Positions 12,864 through 24,200 of a stretch of 64,000 nt of DNA are shown here, one piece after another. The DNA is from a bacterium (GTDB taxonomy: Bacteria; Zhuqueibacterota; Zhuqueibacteria; Oceanimicrobiales; Oceanimicrobiaceae), in NCBI GenBank assembly GCA_037446635.1, contig JBBIIG010000001.1, positions 163,268 to 227,267 on the forward strand, read 5' to 3'. A model generated the notes under the pieces. It worked only from the letters and a program-made list of their open reading frames with translations. It was not told the origin of the DNA and searched no databases. Within the stretch, counting starts at the first letter, position 1. The number at the start of each line of letters is the position of its first letter. The translations under genes and the position numbers were made by a program.

Positions 12864-13114
12864 TGTTACATTCTCCTTAAATTATGAAGCAATTTCCTTT
12901 TGTCAATAGTTGTCTCCCAGGTGATTAGGAGCCGCCTACCTGCCGACAAGACTGGGCAGGGAAATGGTGACACGACGAACGCCAACCGCTGCCGGTGTGG
13001 GCAGGCGCCCCCGGCCATGCAAAATCGCATTGACGATGCGAGCCAGCGCGCTGCTGATGCCGTAATAGGTCGCGCCTCTGCCGCTGATCGTGCAAACCGT
13101 ACCAAAAACAACTC

Positions 13115-14131
13115 TTAACGAGTACCCTTCGTTGCCACATACTGAATCAAGTCCGCTACGCGAACGGAATAGCCCCATTCGTTGTCATACCACGACACGA
13201 CCTTCGCCAGGTTGCCGCCGATTACCAGTGTGTCGAGGGCGCTGAAGATCGAGGAGTGCGCATCGCCTTTGAGATCGCTGGAAACCAGTGGCTCTTCGGA
13301 ATAGGCCAGAATGCCTTGCATGGGGCCTTTGGCGTATTGTTTCATCGCTGCATTGATCTCTTCGACCGTTGCATTCTTCGACAGCACGGCGGTGAAGTCA
13401 ATCACCGAGACGGTGGGAGTCGGCACGCGGAACGCCATGCCGGTGAACTTTCCTTTCAGTTGCGGAATCACCAGTCCCACTGCTTTGGCCGCGCCGGTTT
13501 CGGAGGGGACGATGTTCATCGCTGCCGCACGGGCATCGCGCGGATCTTCGGCTTCGAGATCGAGTAGCCGCTGTGAGTTGGTGTAGGAATGCACCGTGGT
13601 CAGGATGCCTTTCTCGATGCCGAAATTGTCGAAAAGAACTTTGGCGACCGGAGCCAGTCCATTGGTAGTGCAGGAGGCGTTCGAAAGGATGTGATGTTTG
13701 GCGGGATCATACATCTTCTCGTTGACGCCCAGCACGATGGTCAAATCTTCCTCCTTAGCCGGCGCGGTGATGATCACTTTCTTGGCGACGGCATTCAAGT
13801 GCAGCTGGGCCTTGTCCCGTTGCCGGAATAGGCCGGTGGATTCGACGACGATCTCAACACCCAGCTTGGCCCAAGGCAAGCGTGCCGGATCCCGTTCGGC
13901 CAGAATCTTGACCTCGTCGCCGTCGGCCACGAAGCTGTCTTCACGCGCCACCACTTCGCCTGGGAAACGCCCATAGTTCGTATCATACTTGAGCAGGTAC
14001 GTCATGATTTTGATCCGGCCGATATCATTGACCGCAACGACGTCGATCTCTTTGTCGTAGCGCTCGCGGATGGCTTTGTAAACTTGGCGGCCGATCCGTC
14101 CAAAGCCGTTGATTCCGATTCGAATTGACAT
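13115..14131 (-). CDS. gap: Type I glyceraldehyde-3-phosphate dehydrogenase
   Basis: 338 aa. INGFGRIGR. Active-site [17 protein letters not shown]. Confidence 0.95.
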   Translation of the reverse strand: MSIRIGINGFGRIGRQVYKAIRERYDKEIDVVAVNDIGRIKIMTYLLKYDTNYGRFPGEVVAREDSFVADGDEVKILAERDPARLPWAKLGVEIVVESTGLFRQRDKAQLHLNAVAKKVIITAPAKEEDLTIVLGVNEKMYDPAKHHILSNASCTTNGLAPVAKVLFDNFGIEKGILTTVHSYTNSQRLLDLEAEDPRDARAAAMNIVPSETGAAKAVGLVIPQLKGKFTGMAFRVPTPTVSVIDFTAVLSKNATVEEINAAMKQYAKGPMQGILAYSEEPLVSSDLKGDAHSSIFSALDTLVIGGNLAKVVSWYDNEWGYSVRVADLIQYVATKGTR

Positions 14132-14291
14132 GGTTTCATCTCCTTAGTTTTTAAGTCCAAAATCGAGAGCCCAAAGAAAACACGAGCGTGAGGGCCACAA
14201 TACCAGTCGCGATACAAATCGCAGCAAAGTATCGCGAGCGGATTTGCCGCTGCGATGCTTCAGAAGAGAGAATCATATTCAAAGTCCACAA

Positions 14292-15317
14292 TTACAGACA
14301 CAGCGTGGTACCTGTTCCCCGCAACTCGCTGACAGCCTGCTTCACGCGCGCGGCCATGGCCGTTTCCGCCAGGGAGAGATAAGTGCGAGGATCGTACGCC
14401 TTTTTATTGCCAACCTCGCCATCCACCCGGAGAACACCGTCATAATTTTTGAAGAAATGATCCGCAACCGGCCGGCTGAAAGCATACTGCATGTCCGTGT
14501 CGATGTTCATCTTCACCACACCGTAGTCCACCGCTTCCTGAATCTCCTCGATGGTTGAGCCGGAGCCACCGTGAAAAACGAGATAGAAGCGGGCTTGCTC
14601 GCCGTATTTTTTCACCACCGCCTCCTGACAATCTCTAAGGACTTTTGGTTTCAGCTTGACCTGGCCGGGCTTGTAAACGCCATGAACATTGCCGAAGGTC
14701 GCTGCCAGCAGATACCGCGCTCCGGCAATGGCGTTGAGACGTTTCGCGACTTCCAGCGTGTCTTCCGGTGTCGTGTACAACTTATCCGCGGCATGGCCGG
14801 TAACACCGTCCTCCTCGCCGCCCACGACGCCCGTCTCGATTTCGAGGATAAGCTCATTCTTACGGAAGCGTTCGAGTAGTTTCACTGCAATGTCGAGATT
14901 CTCTTTCAGAGAAATGGTGCTGCCGTCGAACATATGGCTGTTGAACAGGTTCGGCTTGCCTGCCGCCCGCCGCCGTTCTGTCTCTTCCACTAACGGTATG
15001 ACGAATTTGTCGAGCTTGTCGGCCAAGCAGTGGTCGGTGTGGAGGGCGACGTAGATCGGGTAACGTTCGGCAACACGATGAACATGTTCGGCCAATGAAA
15101 TCGCACCGAGCGCCATGTCCTTGACCGACGATCCCGATGCAAACGCGCCACCGCCGGTCGAGAGTTGGATAATGCCATCACTCTTGCTTTCAGCCAAGCC
15201 CCGCAGCACGGCATTGGCAGAGGTCAGGGAGCTAACGTTGATCGCGGGATAGGCAAAATGCTTCTCCCGCGCGTGTTCCAACATTTTGCAGTAGATTTCA
15301 TAATTTGCAACTGGCAT
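14292..15317 (-). CDS. fba: Class II fructose-bisphosphate aldolase
   Basis: 341 aa. AYPAINV, LHTDHC, FHGGSGS. Confidence 0.93.
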   Translation of the reverse strand: MPVANYEIYCKMLEHAREKHFAYPAINVSSLTSANAVLRGLAESKSDGIIQLSTGGGAFASGSSVKDMALGAISLAEHVHRVAERYPIYVALHTDHCLADKLDKFVIPLVEETERRRAAGKPNLFNSHMFDGSTISLKENLDIAVKLLERFRKNELILEIETGVVGGEEDGVTGHAADKLYTTPEDTLEVAKRLNAIAGARYLLAATFGNVHGVYKPGQVKLKPKVLRDCQEAVVKKYGEQARFYLVFHGGSGSTIEEIQEAVDYGVVKMNIDTDMQYAFSRPVADHFFKNYDGVLRVDGEVGNKKAYDPRTYLSLAETAMAARVKQAVSELRGTGTTLCL

Positions 15318-15400
15318 ATTTTTTCTCCTGAGAAATTTTCATGCACGATCTTTCCGTATCGCGCCCAGGGCGGCGCTGAGCGCGACACAAAGCAATGCCA

Positions 15401-17077
15401 TCATTGAAACAGCACCAGCGCCAGAACCTGCGCGCACAGAATGCGCAGCAACGTCGTCAATGGATACACCGTCGCATAGGCCACCGTCGGGGCGTCCGAC
15501 TTGGTGATGTTCGTCGCGAACGCGAGCGCGGGCGGATCGGTGACGCTGCCGGCGATCAATCCGGTCAACATCGCGTAGTTCGTCTTCAATACGGCGCGCG
15601 CGAACAGGCCCATCAACATCAGCGGCAGAATCGTGACACACAGACCGACGCCCAACCAGAGCAGCCCATTGGAGCTGAATACGCTCGCAAAGAACCTCGG
15701 CCCGGCCGCCAGTCCGACCGCTGCGAAAAACAGCGCAATGCCAAACTCGCGGAATGCCAGGTTGGCATTCACCGGCATGTGACAGGCAAGCTTGCCGATG
15801 CGGCCGATTCGCCCGAGCACCAGCGCAACCATCAGCGGACCACCGGCCAGTCCCAGCCGGACCGGTTGCGGCAGTCCGGGAAAAGCAATCGGTATGGTCC
15901 CGGCCACGATTCCAAGAAAGATCCCGATGAACAGCGGAATGAAATGGGTTTCATTGAGTTCCTTGACTGAGTTGCCCAGCAGCTTCGTCGTCTTCTCCAG
16001 ACTGGCTTGGTCGCCCACCACCTGCACCATATCGCCGAACTGCAGGCGCAAATTGTCGACCGCGGCCAAATCGATGTCGGCGCGCGTGACGCGGCTTACG
16101 ACAGCGCCGTGGCGCGTGGCGAGCGCGAGTTCGCCGAGCGTCTTGCCAAGCACGTCCTTGTGGGTGACGACCACTCGACGGAACGTCACGTTGCCAGGCG
16201 CCCGGCGCAAATCCTCGTCGCTGCGCCGGCCGACAACGCGCTGGAATTTGTCGAGCCCGGCGCACGTGCCGACCGCGACAATCGCATCTCCGGTTTGCAG
16301 CACTGTGTTGCCGGCCGCCACATGAACTTCAGTTTCGCCGGCGCGGCGATGGCGCGACACGGTCACGCCGGTTTCCACGCGCGATGGAATGTCGTCGATC
16401 ATCACGCCGGCCAGATTCGGGTTCTCGACAACGAGCGTGCGGTTCTCCAGTGGCTCGACCCGCCCGCGTTGTTCTTCCGCGAATGCCACGGCCTCGCGCG
16501 GCGCGTCAATCCGAAATATAGCCTTCAACACGAGCAATGTGCCGATGATGCCCACAATCGCGCCGGGATATGAAACCGCGTACGCCAAGGCCGGCAGCGT
16601 CAACCGGTCTTTGGCGATACCGGGGATCGTCGCGAGCGTCTGTTGCGCTGCGCCGAGCGATGGCGTATTCGTGGTCGCGCCGGACAACAAGCCCAGCACG
16701 GCAGCAAAATCCATCTTGAGCAGCCAACCCAATGCGAGCGCCAGTGCCGTGCCCGATAATACCCCCGCCGCGGCGATGAGATTGAGCGTCAGGCCCTGTC
16801 GTCGAAACGCGGCAAAGAAGCCCGGCCCGAGTTGCAGGCCGATGGTGAAGACGAAAAGAATCAACCCGAACTCTTTCACGAACTCCAGCGTGTGGTGGTC
16901 AACCGGTTTGCCGAGATGGCCGGCGATGATTCCGGCAAACAGCACGCCCGCTGTGCCCAAGCCGACGCCGCGCACTTTGAGGCTGCCGAGCGCCATCCCA
17001 GAAAAACAAACCAGCGCGAGGACGGCAACCGCGTGCGCGACGGGGTTGATGGTGGGGAGTTGAAAAAGCCAATTCAT
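15401..17077 (-). CDS. YidE/YbjL/AspT-family putative transporter (two membrane halves flanking a cytoplasmic RCK_C-like region)
   Basis: 558 aa. Hydrophobic N- and C-terminal halves with a soluble central segment (ENRTLVVENPNLAGVMIDDIPSR...). Its ATG overlaps the pckA stop as ATGA. Confidence 0.8.
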   Translation of the reverse strand: MNWLFQLPTINPVAHAVAVLALVCFSGMALGSLKVRGVGLGTAGVLFAGIIAGHLGKPVDHHTLEFVKEFGLILFVFTIGLQLGPGFFAAFRRQGLTLNLIAAAGVLSGTALALALGWLLKMDFAAVLGLLSGATTNTPSLGAAQQTLATIPGIAKDRLTLPALAYAVSYPGAIVGIIGTLLVLKAIFRIDAPREAVAFAEEQRGRVEPLENRTLVVENPNLAGVMIDDIPSRVETGVTVSRHRRAGETEVHVAAGNTVLQTGDAIVAVGTCAGLDKFQRVVGRRSDEDLRRAPGNVTFRRVVVTHKDVLGKTLGELALATRHGAVVSRVTRADIDLAAVDNLRLQFGDMVQVVGDQASLEKTTKLLGNSVKELNETHFIPLFIGIFLGIVAGTIPIAFPGLPQPVRLGLAGGPLMVALVLGRIGRIGKLACHMPVNANLAFREFGIALFFAAVGLAAGPRFFASVFSSNGLLWLGVGLCVTILPLMLMGLFARAVLKTNYAMLTGLIAGSVTDPPALAFATNITKSDAPTVAYATVYPLTTLLRILCAQVLALVLFQ

Positions 17078-18654
17078 ACCGGCCCCGCAGCTTTGACTTC
17101 CGCGCTGACACCAGCTTCGTAGGTCTTGAAGTTCTCTTTGAAGAGGCCGGCGAGTTTCCGGGCCACAGCGTCGTACGCAGTCTTGTCAGCCCACGCGTGG
17201 CGCGGAACGAGGATTTCCGACGGCACGTTCGGACATTCGGTGATGACGTCGAAGCCGAACGTGGCGTCGCGTTGTATTTTTGCCTTCGCCAACGCGCCAC
17301 TGTGGATGGCATCGATGATCGCGCGAGTATGTTTGAGGCTGATGCGCTTGCCGGTGCCGTAAGCGCCGCCGCCCCAACCGGTGTTGACGAGCCAGATGCG
17401 GGCGTTGTGCTTTTTCATCTTCACCGCCAGCAGTTCGGCGTACTTGCTCGGGTGCCAGACCAGGAACGGGCCGCCGAAACAGGGGGAGAATGTCGCCTGG
17501 GGTTCGGTCACCCCCATCTCGGTGCCGGCAACTTTCGCGGTGTACCCGCTGATGAAGTGATACATCGCGTGTGCCGGTGAGAGCGAACTGACCGGCGGCA
17601 ACACACCAAACGCATCGCACGTCAGGAAGATCACGTCGGTCGGATGCCCGGCAATGCAGGGGATTTTCGCATTGCTGATGAACTCAATCGGATAGGCGCC
17701 GCGCGTGTTTTCCGTGATGCTGGTGTCGGCAAAGTCCACGGTGCGGTCTTCTTCGAGCACGACGTTTTCCAGCACCGCGCCGAAGCGTAAGGCCTGGAAG
17801 ATGTCCGGCTCATTCTCCGGCGTGAGGTTGATGGCTTTGGCATAACAGCCGCCTTCGATGTTGAAAACGCCGTCGTCGCTCCAGCAATGCTCGTCGTCGC
17901 CGATGAGGTGCCGCTTCGGGTCGGCGGAGAGTGTGGTCTTGCCGGTGCCGCTGAGGCCGAACAGCAGCGAGGACCGGCCATTTTGGCGGTCCGCGGTGGC
18001 GGAGCAGTGCATCGACAGAATGCCGTGCTTCGGCGCCAGATAATTAGCAATGGTGAACACGCCCTTCTTCATCTCGCCGGCGTATTCGGTGCCGAGGATG
18101 ACGAGTTCCTTGGTTTCCAGGCTCAGGTCGATGCTCGTCGTCGAGCCCATGCCGGTGGTGAGCCGGTTGGCGGGGAATGCGCCAGCGTTGTAGATGGTGA
18201 AGTCCGGTTGGCCGAAGCCCGCCAACTCCTCCTTGGTCGGGCGGATCAGCATCGTGTGCATGAACAGTGCGTGATAGGGCCGCGAGCAGATGATGCGCAC
18301 CTTGCGAGGGTACTTCGGGTCCCACCCGGCGAAGCCGTCAACGCAATAGAGCCGCTCGCGGGTGTTGAGGTAATCGAGGGCGCGCTGGCGGTTGATGGCG
18401 AACGTGCGCTCGTCACACGGAATGTTCACTGGCCCCCACCAGACGTCTTTCTCCGTGTCGGGATGTTTGACGATGCGTTTGTCCTTCGGGGATCGGCCGG
18501 TCTTTGCCCCCGAGTAGGCCACCAGTGCGCCGTTCGCGGCGATGCTGGCGTCAGGATCATAACGGATGGCGTGTTCGTAGAGCGAACTCGGTGGAAGATT
18601 CCGGTGAACTTCGCTGACGGTCAGTTCATGGTTGTTGAGGTTGAATTGATTCAT
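17074..18654 (-). CDS. pckA: Phosphoenolpyruvate carboxykinase (ATP)
   Basis: P-loop LFGLSGTGKTTLSADP, IGDDEHCW. Start moved to MNQFNL (ATG 18654), which has AGGTGA 6 nt upstream. The track's longer ORF would overlap glgP. Confidence 0.93.
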   Translation of the reverse strand: MNQFNLNNHELTVSEVHRNLPPSSLYEHAIRYDPDASIAANGALVAYSGAKTGRSPKDKRIVKHPDTEKDVWWGPVNIPCDERTFAINRQRALDYLNTRERLYCVDGFAGWDPKYPRKVRIICSRPYHALFMHTMLIRPTKEELAGFGQPDFTIYNAGAFPANRLTTGMGSTTSIDLSLETKELVILGTEYAGEMKKGVFTIANYLAPKHGILSMHCSATADRQNGRSSLLFGLSGTGKTTLSADPKRHLIGDDEHCWSDDGVFNIEGGCYAKAINLTPENEPDIFQALRFGAVLENVVLEEDRTVDFADTSITENTRGAYPIEFISNAKIPCIAGHPTDVIFLTCDAFGVLPPVSSLSPAHAMYHFISGYTAKVAGTEMGVTEPQATFSPCFGGPFLVWHPSKYAELLAVKMKKHNARIWLVNTGWGGGAYGTGKRISLKHTRAIIDAIHSGALAKAKIQRDATFGFDVITECPNVPSEILVPRHAWADKTAYDAVARKLAGLFKENFKTYEAGVSAEVKAAGPV

Positions 18655-18670
18655 ATTTTCACCTATTTTG

Positions 18671-21154
18671 TTATTCAATGGAGCATGGTGTGGCGTTCCA
18701 AATTTCCTTTGCGTACTCGGCAATCGTGCGGTCGCTGGAGAACCTACCGGAGGCGGCGATGTTCAAAATCGCTTTGCGAGTCCACGCCTCCGGGTTTGAG
18801 TACAACTCGCCCAAGCGTCGGTGCGCCTGAGCGTAACTGGTGAGGTCAGCCAGATGCCGGTATTGGTCGCCGTTGTTCAAGAGCGCATCGAGGATCGGCG
18901 TAAAAACGCCGGGTTCGTTTCGGCTGAAATGATTGCCGGCAATCAAGTCGAGCGCGGCACGCGTTTCCGGTTCATTGTCGTAGTGGTGGCGCGGGTTGTA
19001 CCAACCGCGACTGCTCTCAACCTGCTCAGCAGTCAGGCCGAACAGGAAGAAGTTCTCCTCACCAGCGGCTTCCGCCATTTCGATGGTCGCGCCGTCGCGC
19101 GTGCCGATGGTCAGCGCGCCGTTCATCATGAATTTCATGTTGCTCGTGCCGCTGGCCTCGTAGCCGGCCGTCGAGATTTGCTCGGACACGTCACTGGCCG
19201 GAATCAAATACTCCGCGACCGAGACGCGGTAGTCCGGCACAAACACGATCTTCAACCGGCCTTTGGTGATCGGATCACCGTCGAGCGTCACGGCCAGGTT
19301 GTTGATAAACTTGATGACGAGCTTGGCGAAGTGGTACGCGGGTGCGGCCTTGCCGCCGAAGAAAAAGGTGCGCGGCGGCAGGTCGAGGTTTGGATTTTCC
19401 CGCAGGCGGTTGTAGAGCACAACGATGTGGAGCGCATTCAACAGTTGCCGTTTGTATTCGTGGATGCGTTTGATTTGCGTGTCGAAAATCGTGTCGGGAT
19501 CAATTCCTGGCATGTCTAGCCATCGGATGAAGCGCACCTTCGCGTCGCGTTTCGCCTTGCGGACAGCGGTGCAAAACTTTTTGTCGTCGGCGAGCGGTTT
19601 CAATTTCTCCAACTGCGCGAGGTCGGTGATCCAGCCGTCGCCGATGGCCTCGGTTATGACTCCCGCCAGCGATGGATTGGCCAGTAGCAGCCAGCGGCGC
19701 GGGGTAACGCCGTTGGTTTTGTTGTTGAAACGTTCCGGGAACATGGCCGAGAAGTCCGGCACGACGCGCTGTTTGAGCAGCTCCGAATGCAACGCGGCGA
19801 CGCCGTTCGTGCTGTGCGAGCCGACGATGGCCAGATGCGCCATGCGAACTTGCCGGTTTGCGCCTTCCTCGATGAGGCTGACGCGCGCGATGCGGCCATC
19901 GTCGCCAGGATGGCGGGCGCGGACCTCGTCGAGGAATCGGCGATTGATTTCGTAAATGATTTCGAGATGGCGCGGCAGAAAATCCTGAAACCATTGGACC
20001 GGCCATTTCTCCAGGGCCTCTGGTAAGAGGGTGTGATTGGTATACGCCAGCGTGCGTTGCGTGAGATTCCAGGCGTCGTCCCAGCCGAGCTTCGCGTCAT
20101 CAAGCAGCAGCCGCATCAACTCCGGCACGGCGAGCGTCGGATGGGTGTCGTTGAGTTGAATCGCAACTTTTTCCGGCAAGGCCGACCAATCATTCCCGGC
20201 CGCGCGGAAACGACGGACGAGATCGGCGAGCGAGCACGCGACCAGAAAGTACTCCTGGAGAAACCGCAGACCTTTGCCCTCCGTCGTATGATCGTCGGGA
20301 TACAAGACGCGCGTCACCGTTTCGGCGGTAAGTGTTTCAGCCAGTGCGCCGACGAAATCGCCGCTGCTGAATTGAGCGAAGTCGAAGTCGTTCGACGCTT
20401 TGGCGGCCCACAAGCGCAGTGTATTGATCGTCCGGCCACCGTAGCCAACCACGGGCCGGTCAAACGGAATGCCGATCAGCGAGGACGGCCGGCCTTCCAC
20501 GACACGCAGGGTGCCGCCGCGAATCTTAAAAGACACGTTTAGTTTCACTTCGACGGCTTCGTTCGGTCGCGCCACCTCCCACGGGTCGCGCCGGGCGAGC
20601 CAGTGGTCCGGCTGTTCACTTTGCCAGCCGTCGCGAATGTGTTGCCGGAAGATCCCGTACTCGTAGCGCAAGCCATAGCCCATGCCCGGGATGCCTATTG
20701 TCGCCATCGAATCCAGAAAACACGCGGCCAACCGGCCGAGGCCGCCGTTGCCGAGGCCAGCATCCGGTTCCTGCTCAAAGATCTTGAGCGGATCGAGCCG
20801 GTGCTGCTTCGCGAACTGTTGCGCCTCTGCTTTGAGTTGGAGGTTCGTGATGTTGTTGGCGAGCATCCGGCCGAGCAGAAACTCCATCGAAAGATAGTAC
20901 ACGCGCTTGGTGTTGCGCTGCCGGTAGGTCTGTTCGGTTTTCAGCCAACGCTGCGACAGCACGTCCCTCACGGAACGGGCGATGGCTTCGAATTTGTCGC
21001 GGTCGGTCGTCTCCGTGTCGGCGACGGCGTGATCGAAGGTTACGTGCCGCTCATACAGCGCGTTGGGATCGCCGGACAATTTGACCGGTCCGCAGTTGTA
21101 ACGTGCGAGGGGATTCTCCTTTTCAATCGATCTTTTTTTCAGCCTTGTATTCAT
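18671..21154 (-). CDS. glgP: Glycogen/alpha-glucan phosphorylase (GT35)
   Basis: 827 aa. PLP-lysine motif EASGTSNMKFMMNGALTIGT. Confidence 0.95.
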   Translation of the reverse strand: MNTRLKKRSIEKENPLARYNCGPVKLSGDPNALYERHVTFDHAVADTETTDRDKFEAIARSVRDVLSQRWLKTEQTYRQRNTKRVYYLSMEFLLGRMLANNITNLQLKAEAQQFAKQHRLDPLKIFEQEPDAGLGNGGLGRLAACFLDSMATIGIPGMGYGLRYEYGIFRQHIRDGWQSEQPDHWLARRDPWEVARPNEAVEVKLNVSFKIRGGTLRVVEGRPSSLIGIPFDRPVVGYGGRTINTLRLWAAKASNDFDFAQFSSGDFVGALAETLTAETVTRVLYPDDHTTEGKGLRFLQEYFLVACSLADLVRRFRAAGNDWSALPEKVAIQLNDTHPTLAVPELMRLLLDDAKLGWDDAWNLTQRTLAYTNHTLLPEALEKWPVQWFQDFLPRHLEIIYEINRRFLDEVRARHPGDDGRIARVSLIEEGANRQVRMAHLAIVGSHSTNGVAALHSELLKQRVVPDFSAMFPERFNNKTNGVTPRRWLLLANPSLAGVITEAIGDGWITDLAQLEKLKPLADDKKFCTAVRKAKRDAKVRFIRWLDMPGIDPDTIFDTQIKRIHEYKRQLLNALHIVVLYNRLRENPNLDLPPRTFFFGGKAAPAYHFAKLVIKFINNLAVTLDGDPITKGRLKIVFVPDYRVSVAEYLIPASDVSEQISTAGYEASGTSNMKFMMNGALTIGTRDGATIEMAEAAGEENFFLFGLTAEQVESSRGWYNPRHHYDNEPETRAALDLIAGNHFSRNEPGVFTPILDALLNNGDQYRHLADLTSYAQAHRRLGELYSNPEAWTRKAILNIAASGRFSSDRTIAEYAKEIWNATPCSIE

Positions 21155-21252
21155 GTATTCACCTTTATAATTGCACCATACTGAAGTCCTTTAGAAAACC
21201 CGACAGGCCAAGGCCTTTTGAGTCATGAGTGATCTGGCCGAGCAAGTCAGCT

Positions 21253-24200
21253 TCACCTTCTTTTCGCGAGGACTCCCTGGATTCGGTCGAGCTCGGCAAG
21301 GGCCAACTGGTATTGCAGCGAAGCCTGAAGCTGATTCGCTTCCGCCTTTTTCAGTGCCGCCACTGTCTCGGCGTGTTTGGCCGCGGTCACCGTCCCCGCC
21401 CGGGTTCCGTCTTCGCTGATCCGCACATTCTCCCTGGATAACGCCAGCGCCTCCCGGGCGACGTCGACCATCTGTTTCGAGCGTTCCAGATTGCGGAACG
21501 CCTTGTCGATTTCGATCCCGATCCGTCTCTCTGTTTCCGCCAGCTTTTCTCGCGCCTGCGATCTTTGGGCGGCCCGCTGGCGGATTTCCCCCTTGCGCCT
21601 TCCCCAATCGAAAATGTTCCAGGTCAGTTCGGCGCCGAAGATGCCGATGTTCTCCTTCAGAAACGGCGCTCCGTCCTGGTAGCCGTGCCTGGCAAAGAGC
21701 GTTACGTCAGGGATATACTCATATTTGGCCGCCCGCACCGCATGCCGTGACTTCTCCAGTGTTTCGCGGGCTGCAATAAGTTCGCCGTTTTCGGCGAGGG
21801 CCTGCTCGTGGGCCTCTTCCCTTGATGGTTCCGCCAAATCCGGCAATCCGGACTCGGTCACTTCGAGGGTGTCGTCGCCTGGAAGACCCAGAAGGTCGTT
21901 GAGGTCGGCGGTGAGATCCGAAATCTGTTTCTCCGCGACGATCAGGGTCTGCCTGCGCTGAAGCAGATTAGCTCTGGCTCCAGTGACCGCCATTTCGAGA
22001 AGGTTCCCAGCCCGCACCCCCTCCTCCGCCTCGCGCAGGTACTCCTGCGCGGCAAGGAGCGACGCCTCGACGGCCTCCTTGTCCTTGGTGGCGATCAACA
22101 GCGCGTAATAAAGTTGGTAGATCGAAAGAACGATTTCGTTTTCCGACCGTTTCAAATCCGCTACCACGATGCTGCGATCAGCCCGGGCAATCTTATTGGC
22201 CTCATGGATCTTTAAGATCTGCGTCGTCGGCTGGGCCAGCGTGGTCTCGGTGTACAGAATAGTCGATGAACTCTGGTTCACGCTGACGTCATGGTCCGGG
22301 AAGGGGCTTCCATTGATGTTCCCCAGACTGCCGGCCGGAATGGTCACAAGCTGCTTGTCCGACAGGGCCATGTATTTGGTGTTGTTGTAAAGTTGCGGGA
22401 AATACTGGGACCGGGTGGAGACGATTTTCCCCTGGGTTTCCGATATTCTTTCCCGGGCGATTTTGACCGCGGCGTTCTGCTGCAGAGCCAGTTCCACCGC
22501 CTGAGGGAGGGTCAGGGAGCGCCTCACCGGCTGGGCGGAGGCCTCCCGCCCTCCGGCAAGGAGGGCACAGGCCGCGAGCACGACGGCGACCGCCACCCGA
22601 TTCAGGGAGCGGGACTTGATGACCACGAAGAGGACGGGAATGACCAGCAGCGTGAAGAACATGGAGAAAATAAGGCCGAAGGCGATGACGCTCGCCAGCG
22701 GGCTCCAGAGGCTCGATCCGGAGAGAATCATCGGCGTCACCCCCACGGCGGCGGCCATGGTGGTGAGGAAAATCGGACGCAGCCGCCGCGCCCCCGCCTC
22801 CCGAGCCGCCTGCTCCAGGGTTTCCCCCTCGGCGACTTTTTCGTTGCAGTAGTCGACGAGGATGATGCCGTTTCTCACGACGATCCCGCACAGGCTGATC
22901 ATCCCCATGAAGGCGGTGAACCCGAACGGGTTATGCGTGATGAGCAACCCGAAGACCGCCCCGAAAAGCGTGAGCGGGATCGACGCCATGACCACGAGCG
23001 GATCCGAGATGCTTTTGAACTGGACGAGCAGGACGAGGAAGATCGCCAAGAGGCTGATCGCGAGTGCAACGAGCATCTGGGGGAAGGTCTCGTTCTGATT
23101 GAATTCTTCTCCGCCGTATTCAATCCGGTAGCCCGCCGAGAGCTCCAGGGCCTCGAGCTGAGGCCTGGCCTGCTCCAGGATCTTCGAGGCGTAGATTCCC
23201 GGCTTCGCGAAGGCGCGGACCGTCAGGGTGCGCACGCCGTTTCGCCGGACGATTCTGCTGGTCTGCCACTCCGGCTCGAGCGTGGCGATGGCCCGGAGCG
23301 GAACCCTGGCACGGGTCAACTCAGAGTCTAAATAGGTATCCCAGATGTCCTCGAAGGAGGAACGTGAGGCCGGGTCGAGTCGCAGCTTGATGGTCACGGC
23401 GCGGTCGCCTTCCCAGAATGTACTCACCGCAGCTCCGTCGAACGCCCCGTAGAGGATCTGCGATACCGAGGCATTCCTTATGCCGAGGCGGTTTGCCAAC
23501 TCGTCGTTGACCTTCACGTCCAACATGTACGAATCGTTGAAGTAGTCCCGGTGCACGTACTGGGAACCGGGGATGTCCTCCAGAATTTCCCGCACCTCTT
23601 CCCCCAGCCGCTTCAGCTCGTCGATGTCGTCGCCCGAGATGCGCACCTCGATCGGCGCTTCCACTTGGGCGCCCTGCTGGAGTTCCTTGACAATCACCAT
23701 CGCTTCCGGCACCAGGGCGGCCAGGGAGGAGCGCAGCTCCTTCACCAGCCGACTGGTAGCCTCCACCGAGGCGGTATTGACGATGAACTGGCCGTAGGCG
23801 CCGTCGGGCTGCTGCGGATTGACGTTGTAGTAGAACCTCGGAGCGCTCTGACCTACGAAAGTTGCGTAATGGGCGACTCCGTTGCTTGAACTCAGGGCCT
23901 TTTCGATTCGTTGCATGATGGCGTCGGTGGCCTCGATTCGCGTTCCCTGCGGCATCCACACGTCGATCACGAACTGGTTGCGCTCCGCGGAAGGAAAGAA
24001 CTGCTGCGGCACCAGGGTGAAGAGCATGACCCCGAAAGCGAAGGCGCCCCCACCGAGAACGAAAGCCAGCCCCTTCCGGTTCATGAAGAGGTTGATCAGC
24101 GTTCCATAGCCGCGCTGGAGCCGGTCGAGGAGGCTCACTTTCTCCTTGCCATCGCTCTTCACGGCTTCGTGGTCGTGCAGGCCTTTTTTGATGAATGTTC

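Noticed and set aside
12879-12906. A near-consensus sigma-70 promoter (TTGACA-16 nt-TAATTT, minus strand) in front of pgk
   Set aside because: The -10 element directly abuts the AAGGAG RBS. A transcript starting there would lack the Shine-Dalgarno sequence, so I do not call it as the pgk promoter.
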